A stretch of 64,000 nucleotides of DNA from Rickettsiales bacterium (GCA_965247335.1 CBDFGU010000009.1:851243-915242); one strand, 5' to 3'. Shown: positions 23,501 to 31,273, numbered from the stretch's first letter. The notes: generated from the sequence alone by a model not told the origin. Translations and numbers: made by a program.

Positions 23501-26500
23501 TCGCCGTGGTGATGGAAACGACCGCACCCGCCGTAATGCTCAGCGGATTACTGATGGTGATCGTCCCCGTTCCAGTCGTGCTCAGATTCTGGCTCAGCAC
23601 CGTGGAGGTATTGTTCGCGATGGTCAGGGTATTGTTGGTGCCAAGGTTGAATGCTCGCGACAGCGTCAACGTCGCGAAGCCCTCGATATCGACATTGCCG
23701 AAATTCGCCCCCTGCGCGATGAGGTTGCTGGTCGTCGGTGTCCAGCTCGGCCGCGTCGTGCCACTATACAAAGTAAGGGTGCCGGTGCCGACGGAAAGAT
23801 TGCCGTTCAGCGTCAGCGCTCCCACCCCGGTCGCCGGCACGCCATTCGCTGCCTTAAGGCTGAGGCTGCCCGTCGCCCCCGTCGTGATGGTCTTCGCCGC
23901 TGCCAGCGTCAGGTTGCGGAACGCTGTCATCGTGACGTTCCCGCCCGCCGCAACATTGCCGTTCACCGCAATATCCGCCGCCGTCCCCGCCGTCGTGATT
24001 GTCGTGTTGCCTGTCGTCGTAATGTCGCCACCGGCCGTCACGCTGCCACTCGCCCCGCTCGTGCTGACATTCAGGCTCGCCGCCGTGATGGCCGGCAAGG
24101 TCAGCGCATTGGTTGCCGTCAGCGCTACCGCACCCATCGCCGTCGTCGCCCCGAGCGTACTACCGAAGCTGATCGTCGCCGCCGTCACGGTTGGATCAAA
24201 GCCGTTCAGCGCCCCGGTGAAGGTTACCGTGCCCGTGCCTGCATTCACGTTCATCGTCTCGGCCACGCCACCCGGAGTGCCCGCGACCGCGCCACCGAAC
24301 GTCACGTTACCGCCACCCGTAGTAATAGTAGTGGCCGACGCTTCCGCCAGCGTGATCGGACCGTTGATGGTGATGGTACCTGCACCGAGCGTTGATAAAG
24401 TCTGGCCACCATTCAGCACTGTTGCCGTATTATTTGTCAAAGTCAGATTGTTGCCCGTGGTCAGCATGAGCGGACGATTGATCGTCAATGTATTGAACCC
24501 TTCGATATCGACCGCCCCACCGAACGAGCCCGTATGGGCCAGTGTCGTCGCATCCGCCGTCCAGCTTGGCCGGGTGCCGTTGATGCCGCTGTAGAGTGTG
24601 GCCGCCCCGCTGCCGCCGTGACTTAAATTCCCGTTGAGATTCAGGTTGCCCGTGCCGCTCGTCACCCCATTCGCCGCTTTCAGGCTCAGCGCCCCCGTGC
24701 CCGCCGTGGTGATGGTCTTGCCCGCCGCCAGCGTCAGGTCGCGGAAAGCGGTGATGGTCACCGCACCGGCCGAAGTGAGGTTACCATTCACCGCGATATC
24801 CGCCGTCGCGCCGCTCGTCGTTGCCGTGAAACTCGCCGCTGTGATGTCCGGCAAGGTCAATGCGTTGACTGCAGCCAGCGTCACCGCGCCCATCGTGGTC
24901 GATTGGCCGAGCGAACCGCCCAAGCTCACCGTTCCCGCCGTTGCCGTCAGGCCAAAATTATTCAGGTTGCCGGTGAACGTTGTCGTCGCCGTGCCGGAGT
25001 TGGTGGTGAGCGAACTCCCCGCCGAACCACCCGTCACCGTATTGCTGAAGGTGATCGGCTGGTTCGCCGTCGTCACGGTCACGCTCGACCCCGCCGCGAT
25101 GGTCGTCGGGTTGGTGATGCTGATGCTGCCTGTGCCGCTCGTCGTCAGATTGCCGCCCAGCACCAGCGAGGTATTGTTGGCGAACGAAAGGCTATTATTC
25201 ACCGCCATCGTGATTGCCCGGCCGATCGTCAGGGTAGTGAATCCTTCGATATCGATCGGCCCGAACGACCCGGCATTGACCAACGTCGTCGCGTTCGCCG
25301 TCCAGCTCGGCCGCGTGCCGTTGATGCCGCTGATCAGGGTGAGCGCCCCGGTGCCGACATTCAGATTACCGTTCAGGTTCAAGTTACCCGTCCCGCTTGT
25401 CACCCCGTTCGCAGCCTCGAGCGTCAAGGCGTTGGTGCTCCCGGCCGTGATGGTTTTCGCCGCCGCCAACGTCAGGTCACGCATGGCGATGATACTGACC
25501 GCACCTGTGCTCGTAATGTTTCCGTTGGCCGTAATATCCGCCGTCGCGTTCGTCGTCGCGGCGTTGAAACTCGTTGCCGTGATGTCCGGCAGGGTCAGCG
25601 CGCTTGCCGCCGTCAACGCCACCGCGCCCATGGTCGTCGTGCTGCCGAGCGTGCCGCCAAGGGTCAGCGTGCCCGCTGTTGCGGTCAGGCCAAAATTGTT
25701 AAGTACGCCGAAGCTCGTCGTCGCCGTGCCCGAATTGGTGGTCAGCGTGCTCGCCGCCGAGCCGCCGGTGATCGCGCCGAGGGTAATGTTCTGGTTCGCC
25801 GAGGTCACGCTCGGCGTCGCACCCGCGAGGATCGTCACCGGGTTGCTGACCGTGATCGTTCCCGTGCCGAGCGTACTCAGATTCGCCCCGAGCACCGTCG
25901 AGGTGTTGTTGGCGATTGTCAGATTCCCGGCCGCGAGGTCGAGCGCCCGGCTCAGCGTCAGCACATTGAAACCTTCGAGGTCGACCGCGTTATTAAACGA
26001 ACCAGCATGCACCAGACTGGTCGCGCTCGCCGTCCAGCTCGGCCGCGTCCCATTCACCCCACTATACAAGGTGAGTGCCCCGCTGCCGATAGTGAGGCTG
26101 CCGTTCAAAGTCAGGTTACCCGTCCCGCCCGTCGAACCGTTCGCGGCTTTAAGGCTGAGGTTGCCTGCACCACCCGCCGTGATGGTCTTGCCCGCGGCCA
26201 GCGTCAGGTCGCGGAAGGCCGTCACCACCACCGCTCCCGCCGAGTTCAGGTTACCGTTTACGCTGATATCCCCCGCTGCGCCGCTGGTGCCCAGAGTAAT
26301 AGTTGTTGCCGTGATGTCCGGCAGGCTCAGCGCATTCACCGCCGTCAGCACCACCGCCCCCATGGTCGTCGTCGCGCCGAGGGTCGAGCCAACGGTGATG
26401 GTCGCCGCCGAAATAGTCGGGTCGAAGCCGTTGAGCGCTCCGGTGAAGCTTGTCGTCCCGGCGCCGCTGTTCACCGCCAGCGTCTCGACGACACCGCCTG

Positions 26501-28631
26501 GCGTCCCCGTGACCGTGCCGCCAAAGGTCACGCTGCCGCCCCCGGTGGTGACCGCCACCGCCGACGCTTCCGGCAGCACGACCGGGCCAGTCATGGTCAC
26601 CGTGCCGGCACCTAACACGGAAAGATTGTTATTGAGATTTATCAGGGTGTTGTTTGCAAGTTTCAGGTTATTGCCCGTGGTCAGCGCCAGCGCACGGTTC
26701 ACCGTCAGCACATTGAAGCCTTCGATATCGACCGCACCCCCGAATGACCCGGCATGCGCCAGCGTCGTCGCGTCCATCGTCCAGCTCGGACGGGTGCCGT
26801 TAATACCCGAGATCAGGGTCAGGGGCCCGGTGCCCAGCGTCAGGTTACCCGTCAGGTTAAGGTTGCCGGTGCCGCTCGTCACCCCGTTCGCCGCTTTCAC
26901 GCTGATGCCGCTTCCGGAGAGACCTGCCGCGACGTTAACGTCCTGATTCGCGAGCAGGTTGATGTTGCCGGCGGTGCTGATCGCGCTATTCACCGTAATG
27001 CTGCCAGCCGCCGCTACATTGGCGTTCAGGTTAATGTCGCCGCTGCCGGCATTGGTGATGGTATTATTCACGATGATGTTGTTCGAAGCATTCACCGTCA
27101 GACTACGCACGCTGTTCCACGATACCGCATCGACGAAGGTGATATTGCCAAGGCCGCCCGTCCCCGCCGCGCTGCTGATGATCACGTTCGCTGCGCCGTT
27201 CAGTGCGCTCACTAGTGTCGCCACGCTCAGATTGCTGGTCGCCCCGCCGGTTGAGCCAAACGGACTCGCCGCAGTGATGACGCTATCGGCCGCGTTGCTG
27301 ATGGTGATATCCGCCGGGTCGAGCAGCCAGATCCCAGTGGTGCCGTGCGCCGCGCTCGCATTCACGCTTCCGGCCAATTGGAGGAAGTCATGGCCCGAGG
27401 TTTCGATGAAGCCGCCATTGCCGCTGGCGCCATACGCTCCAACATCGGCAAACCCGTTGAAGACCGTTCCCTGATCAGACCAGACAACGACCCTGCCGCC
27501 ATTTCCCGCGCCGGTTGCAGCGGCCAGTAGGTCGACGCCGTTAGCAACAAAGACGCGGGACGCGGTCGGCACCACCCCGTTCGGGAAGAGAGCGGTTAAT
27601 TGCGCCCCTTGATACAGGCCGCCATGAACATCTCCGCTAACCAGGATCTCCCCGCCCCCCGCCACGCCCGACGCATCGAGATGGGCGCCGTTCAGCAGCG
27701 CGACATTATCGCCAAGCACATGGATTGCCCCACCTTTTTCACCGGCATGCTTGCCGCTTGCATCCAGTTTCGCCGTAACGATGACCTGACGGCTACGGCC
27801 CGTACTTGCCGCTGAAGCGATGATGATCGCCCCCTGATGAGTACTCACCGTCTGCGCCGTCAGGGTGCCTTCCGCGGCAATGGAGCTGGTCAGGATGGAC
27901 TTGCCCGTGGCGGCGGTCAACGCCACGACCCCGCCATCCGCTGCGATAGTCCCTGTATTCTTAACCAGTTGTTTTGTCACGTTATCAGAGACAGCAACCT
28001 CAAGCAGCCCGTCCCCGTATAGATCGACCGTTGCCGTGTCGCCCGAGGCCAGCTGGGCCCGTCCCAGCCTTGCGGTGATGATTCCTTGATTTTCGACATC
28101 CGGCGCGACGAGGCCGACCAGGCCCGCCTCTTTCGCCGTCAGCTGGCCTTTATTGATGATCGCCGCGTCCGGGTTGCTGCTGGCCTTGTTTAGCTGTAGT
28201 TTTCCGCCGGCCATGAAGGTGCTATTATCCGTATCCGCGGTGCTGACGACGAGGCTATTCGCATCGACCTGGGCGCCGGCGCCGAACACCACGCCGTTCT
28301 GGTTGACAATGACGACATTGCCATTGGCCGTGAGCCTGCCGTTGATCTGCGACGCACTGGTGCTGTTGACGCGGTTGAGGGCAATGGAATTCGCGGTTGG
28401 CTGAACGAATTCAGTGGTTTCGCTCGGGGCGATATCGAAGCCGCGCCAGTCGATGACGGCACGGTCGCTGTGCTGGGCGATATGTACCGTAGTCGGATTG
28501 GTTGTGGTGATGGTCGCTGAACCGGCGGCAACAACGCCATCCAACGGGTTGGCAAACGCAGGCTCAACGCGCGTGAGCGCGATGAGCGCGCACGCGAGTA
28601 TTACTAGCCGTTTGAAAAATGTTTGCCTCAA
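11586..28631 (-). CDS. giant two-partner-secretion exoprotein (TpsA; filamentous-haemagglutinin-family adhesin with MBG/YDG repeats), 5,681 aa
   Basis: The ORF is uninterrupted over 17,046 nt. It has a signal peptide (LACALIALTRVEPAFA) and a TPS/haemagglutination-activity domain (NPLDGVVAAGSATI..., LNRV..., ANGNVVIVNQNGVVFG). It carries the conserved GGFIETSG...GIWLLDPADITI block, then 14 NGTRPSW-anchored modules, then 25 MBG/YDG units. The start is TTG at 28631, with GGCAGG upstream. Confidence 0.9.
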   Translation of the reverse strand: MRQTFFKRLVILACALIALTRVEPAFANPLDGVVAAGSATITTTNPTTVHIAQHSDRAVIDWRGFDIAPSETTEFVQPTANSIALNRVNSTSASQINGRLTANGNVVIVNQNGVVFGAGAQVDANSLVVSTADTDNSTFMAGGKLQLNKASSNPDAAIINKGQLTAKEAGLVGLVAPDVENQGIITARLGRAQLASGDTATVDLYGDGLLEVAVSDNVTKQLVKNTGTIAADGGVVALTAATGKSILTSSIAAEGTLTAQTVSTHQGAIIIASAASTGRSRQVIVTAKLDASGKHAGEKGGAIHVLGDNVALLNGAHLDASGVAGGGEILVSGDVHGGLYQGAQLTALFPNGVVPTASRVFVANGVDLLAAATGAGNGGRVVVWSDQGTVFNGFADVGAYGASGNGGFIETSGHDFLQLAGSVNASAAHGTTGIWLLDPADITISNAADSVITAASPFGSTGGATSNLSVATLVSALNGAANVIISSAAGTGGLGNITFVDAVSWNSVRSLTVNASNNIIVNNTITNAGSGDINLNANVAAAGSITVNSAISTAGNINLLANQDVNVAAGLSGSGISVKAANGVTSGTGNLNLTGNLTLGTGPLTLISGINGTRPSWTMDATTLAHAGSFGGAVDIEGFNVLTVNRALALTTGNNLKLANNTLINLNNNLSVLGAGTVTMTGPVVLPEASAVAVTTGGGSVTFGGTVTGTPGGVVETLAVNSGAGTTSFTGALNGFDPTISAATITVGSTLGATTTMGAVVLTAVNALSLPDITATTITLGTSGAAGDISVNGNLNSAGAVVVTAFRDLTLAAGKTITAGGAGNLSLKAANGSTGGTGNLTLNGSLTIGSGALTLYSGVNGTRPSWTASATSLVHAGSFNNAVDLEGFNVLTLSRALDLAAGNLTIANNTSTVLGANLSTLGTGTITVSNPVTILAGATPSVTSANQNITLGAITGGSAASTLTTNSGTATTSFGVLNNFGLTATAGTLTLGGTLGSTTTMGAVALTAASALTLPDITATSFNAATTNATADITANGNITSTGAVSIIAMRDLTLAAAKTITAGSTNALTLEAANGVTSGTGNLNLNGNLNVGTGALTLISGINGTRPSWTANATTLVNAGSFGPIDIEGFTTLTIGRAITMAVNNSLSFANNTSLVLGGNLTTSGTGSISITNPTTIAAGSSVTVTTANQPITFSNTVTGGSAGSSLTTNSGTATTTFTGNLNNFGLTATAGTVSLGGSLGQSTTMGAVTLAAVNALTLPDITAASFTATTSGATADIAVNGNLTSAGAVTITAFRDLTLAAGKTITTAGTGALSLKAANGVTSGTGNLNLNGNLSHGGSGAATLYSGINGTRPSWTADATTLAHTGSFGGAVDIEGFNTLTINRPLMLTTGNNLTLTNNTATVLNGGQTLSTLGAGTITINGPITLAEASATTITTGGGNVTFGGAVAGTPGGVAETMNVNAGTGTVTFTGALNGFDPTVTAATISFGSTLGATTAMGAVALTATNALTLPAITAASLNVSTSGASGSVTAGGDITTTGNTTITTAGTAADIAVNGNVAAGGNVTMTAFRNLTLAAAKTITTGATGSLSLKAANGVPATGVGALTLNGNLSVGTGTLTLYSGTTRPSWTPTTSNLIAQGANFGNVDIEGFATLTLSRAFNLGTNNTLTIANNTSTVLSQNLSTTGTGTITISNPLSITAGAVVSITTANQPIVLGAITGGSAASSLTTNSGTAATTFGVLNNFILTATANNFTFGGTLGATTTMGAVTINDVAAVTLPDITAASVTVTSTGATGDITTGNITSTGDVIITAFRDLNIATGKTVTANGSGNLTLKAANGATAGTGNLNIVGNVGIGTGALTLYSGINGARPSWTATATSLVHAGNFNGPVDIEGFNVLTVSRAFGLSANQNLSFANNTSLALGSGSSLSTLGTGTINITNPVTIVAGATPTVTTANQAITFGSTITGGSAASSLTTSSGTATTTFTGNLNNFILNATADTITFGGTLGQTTTMAAVTLNSVQALMLPTITAASLAATTTGATGDITAGSITATGAVTMTSARDLTTNGTITTSAGTFTAARDIAVNGNITSTGAAVLTAARDLTEAAGKTITAAGTGALTLKAAGGAVAGTGNLTLNGNVAVGTGAVTLISGINGARPSFTASATTLSHAGSFGGTVDMEGFNILTIARPLVLTAGNILIANNTGTSINGSALTTAGTGTITISNPLVIQDTFAPTFSTANAAITLGTVDGTAGGGAESLTTNSGTATTTYNGAINGISLTGTAGTFVINAAMGAVTPLTTVALTSTNALTLPDVALTGNFTATTTTGNIIASGNILSSAGNILIKSFKDLTLSTGKTIASGPAGSFALEAANNVVTGTGNLVLNGTISPGTGALTLLSGVNGTRPNWTADATNFTPQGTLGAVSITGINALTFNTDLISSGNINVISYGDLTLNAANTIRNGAASTLTLDSGGGSTGSAGISNLNGVINAGSGALTLVSGVNGSTRANYTIGTTNFTPQSTFGAITASGYQDFVINRNLASSSNINIVATRDLTVNSGMTVTTGATGSLTLKAASGSTGSTGNLTLSGVLNVGNGATTLYSGLNGTRPSWTITTSNFIPQSTFGALDIEGLQDVTVNRNLSSNGNITIIAVHDLTLNSGMTVTPGSASALTLESGNGTYTNTGNLTLSGVLAPGTGAVTLISGSNGTRPSYTLDNTTFNPQGAGVIGALNIRGIQTLTFAKNITSNGDIVAISVADLNVNSGVTVTTGAAGQLALEAAAGSIGNPGNLNILGTISGGTGALTLISGVNGTRPSVTFTTANLVPLTTFGAISITGYQDLTLNRNLASSGNISIIAQRDLTENVGMTITPGATGALTLEAANNVIAGTGNLNLNGNIAMGSGALTLHSGINGTRPNYVTTNLTQQGATVGVVDIQGFQDFTLDNDLVSSGNVSIISQRDLTINSGRTLATGATGALTLEAANANINGTGDLYINGILKSGTGNFTLRSGLNPTRSSYSPDATTLLYAGATFGNIDWQGFATLDVKTPIISSGTVNFGNAANILENDITATNAVTFPNATVIAEGKTIHITTTNDNVTFNSTLDGTAGGSPENLIIVAGTGTVTFSAAVGGSVPLGILTINADNLTLSSTLAGTGALIIAPQTAGRAVNIGTATTDADTTAGLNLTTAENGRIVDGWSSITFGNLISGDVTNNYATYTDPVKFQSGNDFINAVALSDSGGPIFIQALRDVVLNQNLVTNDASANAITLVAGRNFVNTKGAGVLTTGAGGRWLIYSTNPAANTGATSLVNNFNRYSCTYGGSCPALGTGNGMLYSTTPLLTITISGQTYNYGDAVIVPTGYVLQTSGYLNPLDSGSDSITGTGIFQTSYVQGQHAGTGYVISNNGSTLLSSTGYGFTYVSNNSGVVGTRAITVSAADQSRIYGFGSLGTTGFNVTTSSLYGTDVIGSVVLSTNATTATSGQYNISAVGTPWTIGVSGANFTSGLASDYAVSYTGASTGLTITKAALTVTASGISKVYDGLVAATVTLGDNRVAGDVLTLGYSIASFPDKNVGTGRAVSVSGITVTGTDSGNYIFNTTASTTANITAKALTVTASGISKVYDGLAAATVTLGDNRVAGDVLTLGYGAASFPDKNVGTGRAVSVSGITVTGTDSGNYTFNSTASTAANITQKALTVSATGINKVYDGLAAATVTLGDNRVTGDVLTLGYGAASFPNKNTGTGRAVSVSGITVTGTDSGNYTFNSTASTTANITQKALTVTATGIDKVYNGLAAAAVTLGDDRISGDVLTLGYGAASFPDKNVGAGRAVSVSGITVTGTDSGNYTFNTTASTTANITAKALTVSATGVNKVYDGLAAAVVTLGDNRVAGDVLTLGYGAASFPDKNVGTGRTVNVSAIIVTGTDSGNYTFNTTASTTANITAKVLTVSATGISKVYDGLAAATVTLGDNRIAGDVLTLGYGSANFPDKNVGMGRTVNVSGITVTGTDSGNYTFNTTASTTANITAKALTVTASGIDKVYNGLAAATVTLGDNRVAGDVLTLVYGAASFPDKNVGTGRAVSVSGITVTGTDSGNYTFNTTASTTANITAKALTVTASGINKVYNGLAAATVTLGDNRVAGDVLTVGYGAAGFPDKNVGTGRAVSVSGITVTGTDSGNYTFSSTASTTANITQAALTVTASGIDKVYNGLAAATVTLGDNRITGDVLTIGYGAASFPDKNVGTGRAVNVSSITVTGTDSGNYTFNSTASTTANITQAALTVTASGISKVYDGLAAATVTLGDNRIAGDVLTLGYGSASFPDKNVGTGRTVNVSGITVTGTDSGNYTFNTTASTTANVTAKVLTVSASGISKMYDGLATATVTLGDNRVAGDVLTLGYGAASFPDKNAGMGRAVSVSGITVTGTDSGNYTFSTTASTTANITKAALTVTASGISKVYDGLAAATVTLGDNRVAGDVLTLGYGTASFPDKNVGTGRAVSVSGITVTGTDSGNYIFNTTASTTANITAKALTVTASGISKVYDGLAAATVTLGDNRVAGDVLTLGYGAASFPDKNVGTGRAVSVSGITVTGTDSGNYTFNSTASTTANITQKALTVTATAADKIYDALTTAGVTLGDNRVTGDVLTINDTTANFTNKNVNNNKTVNVTGITVTGIDSGNYTFNTSATDTANITPRALTVSATALDKVYDGVTTASVVLGDDRVAGDVLTLGHGSATFADKNVANGKLVTVNGITVMGTDSGNYAFNTTATDTANITPRALTIAATGISKVYDGLAAATVTLSDNQVAGDVLTLGYGSASFPDKNVGTGRAVSVSGITVTGADSGNYSFNTTAGTTANITKAALTVTANAADKVYNGLTTAGVTLGDDRVAGDMLTIADAAANFTNKNAGTGKTVNVTGITVTGIDSGNYTFNTSATDTANITPKALTVTTTAADKVYDGLTTASVTLSDDRIAGDVLTLGYGSATFTDKDVANGKLVTVNGITVTGTDSGNYTFNTSATDTANITPKALTVTANAADKIYDGLTTVSVTLGDNRVAGDALIVSDASESFANKNAGSNKVVTISGITVTGADSGNYTFNTTATDTANITKAALSVTATAVDKVYNGLTTAGVTLGDNRVAGDVLTISDAAANFTNKNVGAGKTVNVTGITVTGIDSGNYTFNTSATDTANITPRALTVSATALDKVYDGVTTASVVLGDNRVAGDVLTLGHGSATFTDKDVANGKLVTVNSITVLGTDSGNYTFNTTATDTANITPRALTVSATALDKVYDGLATASVTLGDNRVAGDVLTINDTSASFANKNAGSSKVVTVNGITVMGTDSGNYTFNTTATDTANITKRTLTITATAADKIYDALTTASATLGDDRIAGDVLAIADTAANFTNKNAGTGKTVNVTGITVTGTDSGNYTFNTSATDTANITPKALTIGATGIDKVYNGLTTADVTLSDNRVTGDVLGIGYTANFMDKNVGAAKAISVSGITLAGTDAGNYTFNTTAGTAAAITPRALTVSASAADRAYDGTTNVSVTLGDNRVTGDSLNLAYGSASFADAAIGTGKPVSVSGITAMGTDSGNYSFNSSATATATIFDPAAPPPPAPPVLSPVADATVPPTVTQVSQNPPMLFSDTRHYALTYVFADEQQQATRSFYLPLSESWPDDRPEDNIPPMLYEGAEEI
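11847..18071 (-). repeat. tandem array of 25 x 249-bp (83-aa) MBG/YDG-type repeats inside tpsA
   Basis: The unit consensus is ALTVTASGISKVYDGLAAATVTLGDNRVAGDVLTLGYGAASFPDKNVGTGRAVSVSGITVTGTDSGNYTFNTTASTTANIT. The array length of 6,225 nt equals 25 x 249. The periodicity is visible as 82-aa antisense ORFs spaced exactly 249 nt apart (12637, 12886, 13135...). Confidence 0.9.
19500..26990 (-). repeat. 14 diverged beta-helix-like modules anchored on G-x-NGTRPSWT (approximate bounds)
   Basis: The motif recurs at about 26781, 26034, 25302, 24561, 23742, 23010, 22150 and 21405, a period of 732-860 nt. It then recurs at about 21100, 20795, 20493, 20190, 19882 and 19590, a period of about 300 nt. Confidence 0.7.
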
Positions 28632-28663
28632 AACTACCTGCCCTGATAACCAGCCAACAGGTA

Positions 28664-28692
28664 ATCATATCATTTTTTTATGCCCAAAGCAA
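28664..28692 (-). promoter_or_regulatory. possible sigma70-type promoter in the tpsB-tpsA spacer
   Basis: The minus strand reads TTGCTT - 17 nt - TATGAT inside an AT-rich 93-nt spacer, about 30 nt upstream of the tpsA start. This is sequence resemblance only. Confidence 0.25.
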
Positions 28693-28724
28693 AAAAAGTA
28701 ACATGAACTTTATAAACCAACATT

Positions 28725-30404
28725 TTAAAAACTATGGCTAAACTGCACCATGAGTCGGGGCGAAGAGTGATTGCCGCCATACAGTGGGGCTAACTCGGTA
28801 TGGTCGATCGGTACGGCGACCCCGACATTGCCATTATCACCCCAGTCCGTCACGAAACGAACCCCGACCCCCGCCGACGCCGCCGAATCCCGTCGCAGTT
28901 GGCTCACATCATCGTTGATTACTATACCATAATCAACGAAAGCATAGGGTTCAACATTCACCGGCTGCAGGTTGCGCCAGCCATCATAACGCAGCTCAAG
29001 CGCGGCCTCGCCGCCCTTGTCACCGACGATTTCGGAGGAGTCGAATGCCCGGCCGAAATTCTGGCCACCGTAGCCCAATTCTTCGGAGGCATAAAGCGGC
29101 CCGGAAGCCCATTGGCCATCAAACTGGACGAACGCCGACCAGTCCTGCGTCAGGGTCTGCAGGCGCGACATGGAAAGCTCAAGCTTGGTGAAATCAGGCT
29201 TGGCCTCGCCGCGCGACAAGTTAATATCTCCATCTTTGCTGGAGCCGAGCCCGTCAATTCCTTGACTTAAGGTAAGATTTGCCACGTTGGAACCTTTCCA
29301 GCTATCGGTCAGGTCATAGGAGAGCTTGGCACGGGCCACCCGGACATGTTCGCGAGTCAGCGGCGTATCGAGGATATCGCTATGGACATTGCGCCCCTCG
29401 ACCATCAGGCTGGTCGCTAGATTGGTCAGGCGCTGCCGCACCCACTGGTATTGCACGCTCAGGTTGAGGTCGGTCGCCGTGCTGTCAATGTCGAGCGGTG
29501 ACAGATTATAGCCCGGATGGGCCCGCGTCACCCCCCCCTCAATGGCCACCGTCACATCCGGCCATACAGTCATTGCATGGTGGATGGTGCCGAAACCGAG
29601 TTCGCGCGTCGGCATGCTGGTCAAGCCCGAAATGCTGGTCTGGTTCAAGGGGATAAAGCTGGCACTGGCGCTGGCCGTGATCTCATGAGGCCCAAGGAAC
29701 CGCGATCCGTAATTGTCGAACCCAATGGAACCGCTCGCTTTTTTCTCCTGCGGCAGCAGGGTCAGCAGGCTTTCCCCCTTCTGCCCGTTCGGCATTGCTG
29801 AAAGAATGGCTCGGAAACTGACGCCCGGCAGGTCGTTCAAGCTTAATAACACACTCTCCAGAGTTTGGGTAGTCAACCGTTTTTCCTGCGTAATACGCGC
29901 TATGTATCCGCGTATAACAAAGTCGGTCTTGGCGTCTTTTACCTCGACCCTGCCAATATACCCTTCGGTCACCGCGATATGCACCACCCCATCGCTGATC
30001 TGCTGATCCGGCACCTCGACCCGTGACAGGAAATAGCCCGCATCGCGGTATTTCTCGCCGATCCTGTCGGCGATGCCATACACGTCTTTCAGTGTAACCT
30101 TCTGGCCGATCTTGTCCTGGTAAGGCGCAAGCAGGGTGGCGGTGCTATAGATAGTCGCGCCGTCGATGACCAGTCCCTTTAACACGAACTTCACCGTTTC
30201 CGCTCCTTGCGGAGCGCGCGCAACGGGTGCCGCCGGCGGCAGGGGCGAGACCACGGGCGCGACTGGTGCCGGGGCGACGCTTTGCTTGTCCTGCTGGACG
30301 CGGCCGACATCCGCCGCCCCGGGTACGGCTTGTGCCGACGCGTCGCCCATTGCCATGATAGCAACAGCGACGCACGCAACCCGACGCCATGTCCTACGAT
30401 CCAT
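28725..30404 (-). CDS. ShlB/FhaC/HecB-family TpsB outer-membrane transporter (POTRA domains plus beta-barrel)
   Basis: 559 aa. It has a signal peptide (VAVAIMAMGDASAQA) and a POTRA-like block VKFVLKGLVIDGATIYS...YRDAGYFLSRVEVPDQQISDGVVHIAVTEGYIGRVEV. The barrel ends in ...RLMVQFSHSF, with a terminal Phe. Confidence 0.88.
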   Translation of the reverse strand: MDRRTWRRVACVAVAIMAMGDASAQAVPGAADVGRVQQDKQSVAPAPVAPVVSPLPPAAPVARAPQGAETVKFVLKGLVIDGATIYSTATLLAPYQDKIGQKVTLKDVYGIADRIGEKYRDAGYFLSRVEVPDQQISDGVVHIAVTEGYIGRVEVKDAKTDFVIRGYIARITQEKRLTTQTLESVLLSLNDLPGVSFRAILSAMPNGQKGESLLTLLPQEKKASGSIGFDNYGSRFLGPHEITASASASFIPLNQTSISGLTSMPTRELGFGTIHHAMTVWPDVTVAIEGGVTRAHPGYNLSPLDIDSTATDLNLSVQYQWVRQRLTNLATSLMVEGRNVHSDILDTPLTREHVRVARAKLSYDLTDSWKGSNVANLTLSQGIDGLGSSKDGDINLSRGEAKPDFTKLELSMSRLQTLTQDWSAFVQFDGQWASGPLYASEELGYGGQNFGRAFDSSEIVGDKGGEAALELRYDGWRNLQPVNVEPYAFVDYGIVINDDVSQLRRDSAASAGVGVRFVTDWGDNGNVGVAVPIDHTELAPLYGGNHSSPRLMVQFSHSF

Positions 30405-30432
30405 CCGTCCCCGCGATTAAAATCCGTTGCGG

Positions 30433-30461
30433 AAACTAAACGAGCCCTCGGTACCGGTCAA
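30433..30461 (-). promoter_or_regulatory. possible sigma70-type promoter for tpsB
   Basis: The minus strand reads TTGACC - 17 nt - TAGTTT, between the tRNA 3' end and the tpsB start. This is resemblance only. Confidence 0.25.
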
Positions 30462-30505
30462 GGCAGTAAAAAATGAGCTGCCGTTACCACATTTACAGCT
30501 TGGGC

Positions 30506-30582
<77 letters not shown>

Positions 30583-30703
30583 ACCCCGCGCTCTTGATAA
30601 TGCATCGCGCGGCAAGAATCTATCGCCGTGTAGGTCATCTGGTCCACTTCTTGCATCAGATTGTGTATGTCTATCAATACCTATATCTGGCAGGAGGCCG
30701 ACC

Positions 30704-31234
30704 ATGACCATTTCATCCGCAACCAATCCGTCCATCTTTAGTCCCAGCGCAGCGACGGCCGGCAAAGTTCCGAGTGCCGCTGAGACCGCTTCTGCCGACC
30801 AGAGTTTTCAGGAACTTATCGGCAACAATGATGATCCCGCCATCGACGCGAAAGAGATGCTCTCGGAAGTCACCGGCGGCGGCGCTGCGGGCTACTGGGC
30901 CTGGCAGATCAAGCAGATGCGGGAAAAAGCGGCCAGCGAAGTCATGGCCAGCATGAACCTCACCGCGGACAAAATTGCCGCCATGGATACCAAGACCCGC
31001 GTCGCGACCGAGGAGAAGATCGAACAGCTCGTCGAACAGAAAGTGAAGCAGGACATCGCCGAGGATTCAAAAAAGAAACAGCAGCAGGCCCTCGTCACCA
31101 GCGCCAGCATGACCAGCATCATCACCAACGCGCAAAGCATCAAGGACAAGCTGGCGACGGGGCAGAATGCCACCCTCATCGCCACCAACAAACCGTCCGA
31201 CGCGACCGACCTGCTCCTCTTCGGCGCCGCCTAG
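30704..31234 (+). CDS. hypothetical protein (176 aa, Ala/Lys/Glu-rich, probably helical)
   Basis: The ATG is preceded by GGCAGGAGG. No family was recognised. Confidence 0.5.
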   Translation: MTISSATNPSIFSPSAATAGKVPSAAETASADQSFQELIGNNDDPAIDAKEMLSEVTGGGAAGYWAWQIKQMREKAASEVMASMNLTADKIAAMDTKTRVATEEKIEQLVEQKVKQDIAEDSKKKQQQALVTSASMTSIITNAQSIKDKLATGQNATLIATNKPSDATDLLLFGAA

Positions 31235-31273
31235 GGCTTTGACTTTCAAGCACGGCATGACCATGTTTGTCTC

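Noticed and set aside
12637-27530. Many long plus-strand ORFs inside the tpsA region, for example 14469..18047 (1,192 aa, Arg/His-rich), 24634..26946 (770 aa), and a ladder of 82-aa ORFs every 249 nt.
   Set aside because: They are antisense shadows of a GC3-rich, highly repetitive minus-strand gene. Their composition is low-complexity (R/H/A or P/V/A), their periodicity simply mirrors the tpsA repeats, and the minus-strand frame carries the recognisable TPS and MBG motifs.
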